From the NCBI GenBank assembly GCA_965203315.1, contig CBDBCE010000004.1:32001-96000 (forward strand): a DNA stretch of 64,000 nt, in the 5' to 3' direction. Made by a program: the position numbers and the translations under genes. Below are positions 10,449 to 21,300 of this stretch, in pieces. Position 1 is the first letter of the stretch; every line of letters begins with the position of its first letter. The notes below the pieces were generated by a model. That model was not told where the DNA came from. It saw only the letters and a list, made by a program, of their open reading frames with translations, and searched no databases. The stretch comes from Nitrosopumilus sp. (GTDB taxonomy: Archaea > Thermoproteota > Nitrososphaeria > Nitrososphaerales > Nitrosopumilaceae).

Positions 10449-10603
10449 CTTTCAATTAGTTTTAAAACTATAACGTATCGTTGTACGATGGCTGCGATGA
10501 AGAATCAGAGTTATATCTGACCGTATGATGTAAAGGCATTTGTCTGAGCTGCCTCCATTCATATCACGCTTGATTTATTTTGGAACAAAAGTGGTAATAT
10601 ACG

Positions 10604-11677
10604 ATGCCCGAGATCTGGCTCAACTATGGTATAACTGATGTTGTCCTCGATTTGAGATCAGAGATCATTAAAGATCAAGTTCGTGCAGATGGTGATACAT
10701 TTGGTGGTACACTTGACGATCAAGGTATTGTAGAAAGGCTTGCTTCTCTAGATATATCTAAAGAGTTGAATCTAGTCGTACTCAATAACTCTACTTTTAT
10801 TCAGCACGTCATAACCTCGATCTTTAATCTATGTGAAACAGAATCTAAACCATTCCCACACATCTTTGCAGATGCCTCAATATCAAATATGATACGAGCT
10901 GGTCTTCCACAAGGCAGTAAGGTAGAACAATTTAAAACAGATCAGGTCAACTCTGATCTAGTCTTTGTATCAGAGATCGAGTTTGATGGTCTATTTGGGT
11001 TTGAGACGATTGCAACTAGACTCCTCAAGAGGTTTGGTGATGATCTGATGCTTACTGCATACAATAGACGATCATCAGATGTACCATTACCTGGTCAAAC
11101 AACATCTAGTATCCAAGTAGCAAAAGACTTTGCTAATAACTTTGAGATCCAAGGAATCGAACTAGTCACAAACTCTGATGGCATCTCTGATATTGTGGTG
11201 GGTCATCCAAGTAGTCTCGATTTGATGCAATTAAATCATACAAAGAGTATGGGTCAACATCCTGTCGTGGTGGCAAGTACAGGCAAGTATACCAGCAACA
11301 ACACATTATGCAGATCACTTGCATCCTTGTGGAACTGTACTCACGCAGTAAACAGAGGTGGACTTGTTGTAATGATTGCCGAATGTAGTGAAGGATTAGG
11401 TTCTCCTGCCTTGCAACAATATGTCGAAGGCAGAATAGATATCGATCAGATATCGAATCCTTCTGAATATCTATCTGGACTAGAAGATCTACTATTCTTA
11501 TCAAACATCAAAAAGGATCTAAAGATTGCCATGTTGTCAGTTTTACCAGAGTTTTATGTCAAACGACTAGATATTGTACCACTACAAAGTGCTAAACACG
11601 TCATGCAATATCTATCTAGTTACAAAAAACACAAAGTTGTTGTCGTACCAGACGCCGCAAGACTAGTTTTTGTCTAA
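10604..11677 (+). CDS. LarA/DUF2088-like (lactate racemase domain) protein
   Basis: C-terminal GGLVVMIAECSEGLGS and VVVVPDA resemble the LarA C-terminal domain; function uncertain. Confidence 0.55.
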   Translation: MPEIWLNYGITDVVLDLRSEIIKDQVRADGDTFGGTLDDQGIVERLASLDISKELNLVVLNNSTFIQHVITSIFNLCETESKPFPHIFADASISNMIRAGLPQGSKVEQFKTDQVNSDLVFVSEIEFDGLFGFETIATRLLKRFGDDLMLTAYNRRSSDVPLPGQTTSSIQVAKDFANNFEIQGIELVTNSDGISDIVVGHPSSLDLMQLNHTKSMGQHPVVVASTGKYTSNNTLCRSLASLWNCTHAVNRGGLVVMIAECSEGLGSPALQQYVEGRIDIDQISNPSEYLSGLEDLLFLSNIKKDLKIAMLSVLPEFYVKRLDIVPLQSAKHVMQYLSSYKKHKVVVVPDAARLVFV

Positions 11678-12789
11678 AATATACATGCGGTTCGTACTAG
11701 TGGGATACAGATATTCTCTGGTATTGGCACACATAGTACCGCAATAACAATTATGCCAATATACGATAATTTGCGCGTATTTGAGAGTGGTGTTATGTCA
11801 TCTAGGGGTTGTGCACTAAGACTATTCCTGCTCCAAAAATAAAAGATTAGTGCCGCGACCTCGAAACCTATCACAGCAAGAACTAGAAAACTTGAATATG
11901 TTGTATACTTGTGAATCTTTGCACCTAGAACAGTTCGTGCCATATGTCCTCCATCTAGTTGCCACGCTGGCATCAAATTTAGAAATGTAATAAAGAATCC
12001 AATCCATGCAGCCCATAGAACTGGAGTGAGTATAGCTTTGTTATCTTGACCATCTTTTCCAAAGAGATCTAGTGCTGCACTGAGAAGTATTGGTTCACCG
12101 AAACTAAACTCTGACAATCTACCCTCCTCAAACATCGACTCGGCGATTACAACGTCTATGGTTGGTGCGGTATACGCACCATATACTGCTACAATCATCG
12201 CAATTATCAATCCTGCAATGGGTCCTGCAACTGCTACATCAAACAAGATCCTACGATTTGCTGTGAGACCTTTTGACTGTATAAGGGCACCAAAGGTTGG
12301 AATGCCAAATATTGGAATTCCTGGAATAAAGAACGGCCACGTCGTCTTTAGTCTATGAATCTTGGCAGCAATCATGTGGCCCAACTCGTGAACTCCAAGT
12401 ATTCCGAGTAGTGATATTGTGTATATTATGGCCATCTCGATCGGATCACCAATCTGAATGAGTGAATTTAGACCTACTGTCTTGTAGTATCCATCAACCA
12501 TCACAAATCCAACCACAACCGCAAATAGAATTCTAGGAGCCCATGCAGAGTTTAGTATGCGATGTCGCCTAGTCGTAAACTTTTGGACTATCACATATAG
12601 TTGTCCGTTCATCTCTGCAATGTTGGCCATAAATTTTATCTCTTCGAGCTCTCGTACTAGTTCCTCAAAGTTGCGTTCGATGTCTCGATCACTTATCATG
12701 TACTCTAGCGCAAACTCGCTCTTTTCGAATCCAATAATATCGAATTTAGAGCTCACGATTCTAGTTATCTGCTCTTGAACATCTTCCAT
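11674..12789 (-). CDS. Site-2 protease (peptidase M50)
   Basis: HELGH, AGPIAG and NLMPAWQLDGGH motifs with multiple TM segments. Confidence 0.93.
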   Translation of the reverse strand: MEDVQEQITRIVSSKFDIIGFEKSEFALEYMISDRDIERNFEELVRELEEIKFMANIAEMNGQLYVIVQKFTTRRHRILNSAWAPRILFAVVVGFVMVDGYYKTVGLNSLIQIGDPIEMAIIYTISLLGILGVHELGHMIAAKIHRLKTTWPFFIPGIPIFGIPTFGALIQSKGLTANRRILFDVAVAGPIAGLIIAMIVAVYGAYTAPTIDVVIAESMFEEGRLSEFSFGEPILLSAALDLFGKDGQDNKAILTPVLWAAWIGFFITFLNLMPAWQLDGGHMARTVLGAKIHKYTTYSSFLVLAVIGFEVAALIFYFWSRNSLSAQPLDDITPLSNTRKLSYIGIIVIAVLCVPIPENICIPLVRTACIF

Positions 12790-13322
12790 GATATCTCACT
12801 AGAAATACTCCATTAATGATCTTTTGCTTGGTTCTAGAAACTTTTCAATCTATCGGTACTCATGTTGGCACTTGTATGAATAGAATCTAGTATGTTGCAA
12901 AACATATCTGGCAGGTAAGATGCTATGCGTATCTATTCTAATCATGTCTAGTCGAGATTATGCCATCGATGACTTGATAACACATCTACATATTGATCAT
13001 TTTTATGTGCTAGATATCCGTGAGATCATTTATCAAAACGATCTTGATTGAAGTGATTTTGTTGGACATACTGATACCCACGAGTTTATTCCTGAACAAA
13101 AGACGCGTCTGGATCTATTTTATCGATGCTTGGCTATTTCTTGTACGTTCAAATAGATTGCACTACCCATAGGACATTATTCATTTCTTTTTCAATAAAT
13201 TTCTATCTCCGATCAGACAAGCTGTATTGCATGGTACTATACTAGTATCCGGATGTAGAGATCTATTCAAGATTCTAAAGAGAGGATCAGCTCATATTGG
13301 ATAAAAGGATATGAATACAAAT

Positions 13323-13940
13323 GGCGATTAGGGATGTGTGGCCCCTAAAATAATAGGGGGTGTTTTAGCAAACAACTTGATGAATCTACGGTCGTTACCA
13401 AAAATAACATATGCTGAGATCTCTATGACTCAATATCTGGAATTAATGTCGTCTAAAGAAAGCACACACAAATTTTGTACAATCAGTTCCATTCGATGAG
13501 GAATGAAAATACTGACACTGCACGTCTACAAGATGCTATTGATCAGTTGGAGATAGTTAAATCTATGAGTCGTATGATCATCGAAAACCTAGGAAATTTA
13601 CATATTCTATCACCTAAACATCAAAAAATTACAACATTCAATATGAAATATGAAGATTAGTGAAGTTTTTGGAATATGGGTGAATTTAACAACATCGCAA
13701 GTTAAAGTGACTTGCGAACTTTTGATGAACGACAGACATTTGGAGAAGGCAAGACGCGTACCCACAAGATCGAAGGATTTTGGAGATTTACAAAACAGAA
13801 CTGGGTCAAGCATCATTATGTACACCATGACAAATTTCTAGTGTACATAAAGGAGATGGAACGTCTATATAATTTCAGGGTGTACGATTTGTTCAATTTT
13901 TTGGCGAAACTGTCGTTAGGGGCCACACATCCCTAATCGC
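13323..13940 (+). mobile_element. Internally deleted IS1595-family element
   Basis: Perfect 25-bp TIRs GCGATTAGGGATGTGTGGCCCCTAA (13324-13348, 13916-13940); 8-bp direct repeat ATACAAAT (13315-13322, 13941-13948). Confidence 0.88.
13712..13936 (+). pseudogene. IS1595-family transposase C-terminal fragment
   Basis: THKIEGFWRFTKQ...FLVYIKEMERLYN matches the N.IEGFW..K...Y..E..FR.N signature. Confidence 0.75.
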
Positions 13941-14245
13941 ATACAAATAATATTAGACGTCTTGTAACAGAGCATATTTTATGATGTTGTAACAATGAAA
14001 TGAAAGAACATGACTATGGCTACACTTACACGGTGTATGATTTGTATGTAGGTATACTTGTGGTATTTTCAATCAAAAAACTTTACATTGCATAATGAAA
14101 TTTAATTTTTAGATATTGCACTAGCGAAAAATTTTCCATATCTGACATAAACTCATCATTCTTATACTCTCCAAGACAGTATAATCTCGTAAAATATTTA
14201 TCGGCTAGAGCCAAAATTAAATACCCTGTTTTGGACTATCTTGTC

Positions 14246-14740
14246 ATGCAAGTCATTTCACGTCAATTTGGTGAGTGTAATATACGACAAGCTAGACCTA
14301 GCGATCTTATTCCAATAATGGAGATAAACTTGAAGACACTCCCAGAACACTACTCGGACTATTTCTATGAAAGTCTTCTTGCAGAACTTCCAGAAGCATT
14401 TCTTGTAGCAGAACTGGATAACAAGATAGTTGGGTATGTCATGTGCAAGCTAGAGTATGGTTTCTCAAACTTTAAGCGACTGGGTTTTGTAAAAAAAGGA
14501 CATGTCGTATCGATTGCTGTATTACGCGAATATCGAAAGAGAGGATTAGGTAGAGTTTTAATAGAAGAATCGATCAAGGGAGTACAATCTAAAAACTGTG
14601 ACGAGTTTTATCTTGAAGTGCGTTGTAGCAACACTGATGCTGTACGCCTCTATGAACGTTTAGGATTTAGCATTCGTCATCGACTTGCTACATATTACAA
14701 AGATGGTGAGGATGCTTATCTGATGTCGATCGAGATATGA
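14246..14740 (+). CDS. N-terminal protein acetyltransferase (Ard1/RimI GNAT)
   Basis: LPEHY, GHVVSIAV..YRKRGLG, LEVRCSN..AVRLY, YYKDGEDAY; ATG 14246 preferred over TTG 14231. Confidence 0.9.
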   Translation: MQVISRQFGECNIRQARPSDLIPIMEINLKTLPEHYSDYFYESLLAELPEAFLVAELDNKIVGYVMCKLEYGFSNFKRLGFVKKGHVVSIAVLREYRKRGLGRVLIEESIKGVQSKNCDEFYLEVRCSNTDAVRLYERLGFSIRHRLATYYKDGEDAYLMSIEI

Positions 14741-15138
14741 GCATCTTATCGACTCAACATCTTTGTTCTTTGGATGTAAGTTAACTAGTACTCGTTGTTC
14801 TCAACTATTCCGACAACTGTTTCAATATGCGAGATTATAATGAAGATGCTTTGAATAACTAGTTGCTCAAAGATATCCTCTTATTCCTATACAAGACTGT
14901 ATGCGTATTTCTTACACCATACGCACATTTTCAAGTACAATAAAACGTAGGTGTAATTTCTAGAGGCAAATCGATTCATTGTTGTCATGTTTGATGATTG
15001 GACATGGGCACTCAATAATACGCATACGGTCTACAAAGTATCTATTGATATTTGTTTACTATTCTGTCTTCTAGACTCAATCTAGATGCATGTAATATTT
15101 TACATACAATCTCTCAAAACAATAAATACGTCATAAGA

Positions 15139-15369
15139 ATGCCATCCGTCATGAACAGACGCAAGAGTGTGGGCGTTGTCATCTTTATACTCTGCATTGG
15201 TGGCTTTTTTCTATATGCGTATCTTTTGATGTTGTCAGAGTGGAGTCCAATAGTTTTACAACTATCGATACTAATGATAGTTGGTGGAATACTAGGTGTG
15301 GTCGCGTGGATAGGCTATGTTATGGCTACTACTAAACCATCTTCTGCCACGATCACTTCTGATGATTGA
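15139..15369 (+). CDS. Small two-TM membrane protein
   Basis: Two hydrophobic helices ending WIGYVMATT; the start is uncertain (longest ORF from 15052). Confidence 0.65.
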   Translation: MPSVMNRRKSVGVVIFILCIGGFFLYAYLLMLSEWSPIVLQLSILMIVGGILGVVAWIGYVMATTKPSSATITSDD

Positions 15370-16189
15370 TTCTGACATCGACAACCGCTTGATACCATCT
15401 TGGACCTACTGCTCTAACAATCTTGGATCCTAGTATCTCTGAAGGAACACTAGCATGCTTTGTATATTCTTCTATTGCTAATCTTGGTACATCTGATCTA
15501 GATTTTGCATATGTGTGTAGATAATAGTGAATTATACCTCTAGATTTTGTAGCATGTACTGCTATGCTTAGAAACTCAGATGATCTCTCCGGAAGTAGCA
15601 TTAGAGTTCTATCTGCTTTGGGTATATCTGATGCTATCTGTGTTGCGTCTCTATTTACAGATATTACATTACCTAGTAACTTGTTGTATCTTGTGTTGAT
15701 TTGACATAGTCTTGTAGCGATCGGATTAATGTCAATATTGTATGCAGTACATCTCTTGTACTTTGCTGCAATTATTGAAAACATTCCCACACCGCCAAAC
15801 ATGTTTAATAGTATCTCTCCATCTTGAACTAGACCTGCTATTCGCTCTCGCTCGTTTGATAGCCTAGGAGAAAAGAATGCATTTTGAACATCAATCTTGA
15901 ATCTACACCCTAACTCTCTATATTCTGTCTCGGTGTTGTCTATTCCTGCTAACAACTCGAGATTGCGTGTCCGATATTCACCTTGTACGGCTGATGCTTG
16001 ATAGAATATACTCTTTGTTATCTTTACATTCTTGAGTAGGGTATCACCTATCAGATGCCGTTTGGAATACAACGAGTCTGGAATTCTAACTATGATTATC
16101 TCACCTATCTGATCAAATGCAGATATCAACTGGTCCAATTCATCTGGAGTTAGTATATCGGATAATGCGCGTTTTAGCATTCGGGTCAT
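15353..16189 (-). CDS. Trm5/Taw2-family tRNA SAM-dependent transferase
   Basis: FFSPRLSNERERI, NMFGGVGMF and DINP motifs of the Met-10+/Trm5 family. Confidence 0.88.
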   Translation of the reverse strand: MTRMLKRALSDILTPDELDQLISAFDQIGEIIIVRIPDSLYSKRHLIGDTLLKNVKITKSIFYQASAVQGEYRTRNLELLAGIDNTETEYRELGCRFKIDVQNAFFSPRLSNERERIAGLVQDGEILLNMFGGVGMFSIIAAKYKRCTAYNIDINPIATRLCQINTRYNKLLGNVISVNRDATQIASDIPKADRTLMLLPERSSEFLSIAVHATKSRGIIHYYLHTYAKSRSDVPRLAIEEYTKHASVPSEILGSKIVRAVGPRWYQAVVDVRINHQK

Positions 16190-17970
16190 TTTTTATAGTA
16201 AAAGTCTCCAGATGACTTTTGATTCTTGTCTAGTCTGCTATCTATCTTGTTTACTCGGGGCCTGCGACTCTTTTCATCGCGTCTGAATGACATGCCGAGT
16301 GATCTCAAGAATCTATTCATGGCATCACTTTTGGCAAGTGGTGAGGTCGCAAATCCTGATACACTGGACTGTCCCTCAAAGATCACCATCTTGTCTGATA
16401 TTAGGTCCATCAACTGTAAATCGTGATCTACAACTATAACAGATTTACCGAACGAACGTACAAACTTTTGCAGAAACTTTGCAGTAGCAATTCTATCTTC
16501 AACATCCAAGAATGCAGATGGCTCGTCTAGTGCATATAGATCAACCCTTTGTAATAGACATGTAGATATCGCAACCTTTTGAAGTTCGCCACCAGATAGG
16601 TTTTTGATCGACTTTGTGTATAGTTTTTTTATTTTTAGTGGTGCGATTATCTGTTCTTCTTCAGCACTACCTTCGATATCAGAACCGTTTGCTCTATTCA
16701 ATAATGTTATCACATCGATATCTGTGCTGTTTTGCAAGTACTGTGGTTTGTAGGCTATCTTTATCTTTTTATCAATGACTCCCGAGTCTGGTTCTATTCT
16801 TCCTGCTACCATCTTCATCATTGTGGTCTTTCCTAATGCATTTGCGCCAATAACTCCTAATACCTCACCTCTATGTATCTGTCCAGGCTCAATCGATACT
16901 GTGAATGATGGATATTCTTTTACTAGCTTGGGATATGAGACGAGCTCTGTTCCTTCGGCAAACTCGTCTGTAGATGTTGACACATCAAATGAGAACTTTT
17001 TCTCTCTAAACCTAACATTCTCGTTTGGCAGGTATCCTTCTAGAAATACGTTTATCCCAACCTTTGTTGATAAGATGTTTGATACTATTCCGTATGCTGC
17101 TGGTTCGCCGTACAAAACTTCGATATAGTCACTGAGAAAATCTAGTAAGGTTATGTCATGTTCTACGACCATGACACTCTTGCCTTCCTTTGCTAAACTC
17201 TGTATCACTCGTGCAACACCTGTTCTCTGAAAGACATCATTGTATGAAGATGGCTCATCAAAAAAATAAAACTCTGTATCTTTAGACGCTGCTACTGCCA
17301 CTGCGAGTCTTTGTAGCTCTCCACCACTCAACTCTTTGAGATTTTGTTCGAGGGATCTCTCTAGTCCTAACTCTTTTACTAGGTGATTCGCAACGCCTCG
17401 TTGATCGTATCGATCTAGTAATTCTGAACCTGTACCGTCAAAAGCTTGAGCAATGTGATGAACTTGCTGTGGTTTTATAGATGCGTGAATCTCTCCTTGT
17501 TCTATCTTTGCAAAGTGTTGTTTTAGTTCCGTTCCGCTATAATACTTTAAAATCTCGTCCCAACTAGGTGGCGACTCGTATCTGCCTAGGTTTGGTTTTA
17601 GGCTCCCTGATAGTATGTTTACCACAGTACTCTTACCCATCCCGTTTCGTCCTAGCAATCCTACTACCTCTCCATGTTTAGGGGTTGGTAGTTTGTATAG
17701 CCTAAATGAGTTTGGACCATACTGGTGAATCTTTTCACTTGCTATTTCACTTGCTAGATTTACTATGGTTATTGCATCAAACGGGCACACTTTAACACAG
17801 ATTCCACAACCATTACAGATATCTTCATCTATCTGTGCCTTGCCAGATTCTTCATCTAGAACGATACAATCTGCTCCTGACTTGTTTACTGGACAGTACT
17901 TTATACATTCTAGACCACATTTTCTAGGCTGACAGACATCTCGGTCTAGTACTGCTACTCTGTGTGTCAT
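16186..17970 (-). CDS. Ribosome recycling ATPase ABCE1 (RLI)
   Basis: N-terminal 2x[4Fe-4S] Cys pattern, two ABC domains with LSGGELQ. Confidence 0.97.
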   Translation of the reverse strand: MTHRVAVLDRDVCQPRKCGLECIKYCPVNKSGADCIVLDEESGKAQIDEDICNGCGICVKVCPFDAITIVNLASEIASEKIHQYGPNSFRLYKLPTPKHGEVVGLLGRNGMGKSTVVNILSGSLKPNLGRYESPPSWDEILKYYSGTELKQHFAKIEQGEIHASIKPQQVHHIAQAFDGTGSELLDRYDQRGVANHLVKELGLERSLEQNLKELSGGELQRLAVAVAASKDTEFYFFDEPSSYNDVFQRTGVARVIQSLAKEGKSVMVVEHDITLLDFLSDYIEVLYGEPAAYGIVSNILSTKVGINVFLEGYLPNENVRFREKKFSFDVSTSTDEFAEGTELVSYPKLVKEYPSFTVSIEPGQIHRGEVLGVIGANALGKTTMMKMVAGRIEPDSGVIDKKIKIAYKPQYLQNSTDIDVITLLNRANGSDIEGSAEEEQIIAPLKIKKLYTKSIKNLSGGELQKVAISTCLLQRVDLYALDEPSAFLDVEDRIATAKFLQKFVRSFGKSVIVVDHDLQLMDLISDKMVIFEGQSSVSGFATSPLAKSDAMNRFLRSLGMSFRRDEKSRRPRVNKIDSRLDKNQKSSGDFYYKK

Positions 17971-18287
17971 GGTGTTTAGAAAATTCTGATTGCTTTAATA
18001 CCTATTCTCAGTATACAAACGTTTCGATAAATTGAGTACATTGAAGAGCTTGGATTGATGTATGATCAGTTTTGTGCCTATTAATGGGATAAAATCCAGA
18101 TTTGAGACTATAGTCACGAACGGAATTGTTTTCTTGTTTACTCCTGCATATGTGTGGTCAGAGACGGAATTTGCCTCTGGCAGAACAGATGACACCAAAT
18201 TGTGACACAACACTAGGAAAATTATTATGTCCACGACTATAGATTCGAACTAGGAATCTAACATATTTTGTGCTAGATGATCCCACA

Positions 18288-18341
18288 AATGAACAAATTG
18301 TTCATTAGGCTTAAATACAAACTCTTGATGGGAATATCAAT
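18288..18341 (+). promoter_or_regulatory. S-layer gene 2 promoter, same architecture as gene 1
   Basis: AATGAACAAATTGTTCATT palindrome (18288-18306), TTAAATA, TTGAT-N6-ATCAA. Confidence 0.65.
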
Positions 18342-18344
18342 AAC

Positions 18345-21300
18345 ATGAATAACGAAATAGGACGAAAAACAACTAGTTTAATACTAATGACGATAATGGT
18401 CGCAGGCGGACTGACCTTTGCTATACCAAGCATGGAGCCAGTCTATGCCCAGTCGACACCAAACCTATACGTCTCAGCTGCTGATCCAAATGGATACGGA
18501 GCTAGATTCGACAACACCTTTGGTGGACTACAAGTTGTCGAAGTCATTGTAAATGATCCATTACTAACTGATTCAAATGATGCCATGCCTCGTGTTACAA
18601 TAAACGATGACATAAAGCTCAACATGACACAAGCTGGTGATGGATCTTGGTATGGATACTTTGCAGATAAAGGGCGTGATGGTAACGGTGATGATGATGA
18701 CACAGACATTACCGGATATTTCCTCAATACCGCAACTGTACAACTAGCACTAGATGGCGAACTTAATTATGATGGCCTATATGGTAGCAGTGAAGACTCT
18801 GCGCGGTTCACAGGTGTGGGTGGTTTCACAGACGATAACTTGGTCAATAATTCTCCCTCAAAGCGAGGTTCAACAGCTAAAATACTATCTGATGATGGTA
18901 ATCAAATAAAGTATCTTGATCTTGATGATGGTGACGATGTAAAGATCGTATACCAAAAGGCAGGAAACCCACAAACTGTAACCTTGACATATGACAAATC
19001 AAAGAACAATGGAATTGAACTTGACAGAAACTCGTACGCAAGAGACGCAAATGTGTACATTACTCTCACAGATCACGTACTAAACGTAGACCCAACATCT
19101 AAAGACTTTTGGCAGTTCTTTCTTGATGAAAATTCGCCTTCTGCACCGGCACATCAGCTTTTTCCAGATGATAGAGTAGTATTAGCAACTAGCAATCTAA
19201 ATGCTGCTGTTAATGGTTTCACCCATGCTCAACTTGGTTGTGACGATAACGATTGTGTGTTATCGATACCAAATGATAGCATACTTCGACTAGACGATGA
19301 TGATGACGCTACAAACAATCCCAACAATATTACCTTTGAAGAAACTGGACCAAATACCGGTGTATTTGAGATAAGAGACGATGATGGCGATACATCAATA
19401 ATGGTTGACGACAATGCGCCGAGGGGACAAAATAGTGTTATCACTTATTCTGGTAACAATGTAGCCGTAAACGTACGACTAACTACAGCTACTGTAGATC
19501 TAGATGTATCGGACGGCACATGGAACTCTGGCGAAAAGATCGATCTAACCATAGTCGATGCAGATCAAAACAAAGACAGTGATGCAGAAGACGATCAAAT
19601 GATCAAGAACCCAAATGCAAGAATTCCAACAATGATCATAGGTGATCCATACACACTAGCCGATGAGCGTACTCCACATCGTGGCAACACATACCCTACA
19701 TTCTTCTTGGATCGACCCACCGCTTATATTGTTGAAACATTTACGACAATCACTGGTGGCAAGTCACCCATCGAAACATCTTTGACGATAGATAATGATC
19801 ATCGACTGGGTCAAATACCGGCCAACAATACAGTACCTGACTTGACAACTCCGTCTAATGGCATAACTGCCAACATGTGGTTGTCTCTTGGATCCCTTTC
19901 TGACCATCAAGCAGCAATGAGTCTACAGGATGACTTTGTAGGTGTAAATCTACTAAACTATGACCTTAGTAGTGTCGGTGCTAACAAGTACTGGCTCGCA
20001 ATATATCCTAACTATGCTGTTCCTACTGGCACCAATCTCCCTTACTACGCTGAGAGATATTATGCAGAGTTGGAAGCTGATGGAAGAGGTGTATTTGATC
20101 TGTCAACCGATATGACGCACTTTGCAGCCAACAACAATACCAAGGTGACAGCAACAAATGCAAATCTACCCGTGCGTTTCGAAATGGCAATCCTTGCAGA
20201 ATTTACAAGTACATTTGATGTAAGCAAGACATATCCAATAGCTGTAGATATCTTTAGCATTGGATTCACGGGTGACGGCGCACAGGCCTCTGAACGTATC
20301 AACAATCAGATAATACGAATCGAGGTAGAAGAGACCGGTGACAACACCAGCACCTTTACAGGAACACTAGAGTACATCATGATAAACCAACTAAACGTAA
20401 ACAATGCAGATACATACAAAGACATCACTCCAATAGGCAACGAAGTCAAATTCATCGCCTTTGAGGATATGACAGGCTCTGACGCGCGAGTAAACTATGC
20501 CGACATTAACTCGAACGGCAACAATGCTACAGTCTCCGACCAACAAGATATCGCAACCTCTAGTGGTGTGGTATCTCTAAACGCAGAGACATACAGTGTA
20601 GGCAGCAATGTCGTAATCACACTAGAAGACTCTGATCTAAATACAGATCCTGATCGAGCAGATACCTATACTGTCGTAACACGAAACATGACTGGTGGAA
20701 CCACGAACATTGGTAAGGACATGGACCAAGTGGGTATCGATGTCATGTCCAAGTATGAGACTCTACTACCAGGTAAGAAATCACTAGGAATGCTACTCGA
20801 AGTAACCTTTGATGGTAAGAGATGGCAATCTGGCTGTACTCTGTCTGACGGAGTTCAGAACGGACTCGGCGAAACAGGATTCACTCTACAAGAGACCGGA
20901 TCCAGTACAGGAGTCTTTACAGGTTCATTTTCTGTACCAAAAGAGGTATGCATGGGATCTGACAAACTATCTGTAAGCGGCAAAGACATTGGTGTAACAT
21001 ATCTAGACTTTAGAGATGCATCTGGTCAGATAGTTACAGCGGGCGACTCTGCATCGATTGGTGCAAGTACAGGCTCTGTATCTCTAGATAGAACTGTATA
21101 TCCAGTCCCATATGGTCAGGGTACAGCAGGTTCTTCTAGAGCCCTAGACATGGCCGGAGCAAATCTTGCAGGCGGTACAGTCAAAGTCTATGTTCAAGTA
21201 AACGATCCAGACTACAACTTGAATCCTACAGGCGAGGACAAGATCGAAGACGAGGACGGAAATGGTCCAGTAAAGGTCACGATCTCACGCAGTGGTGACG

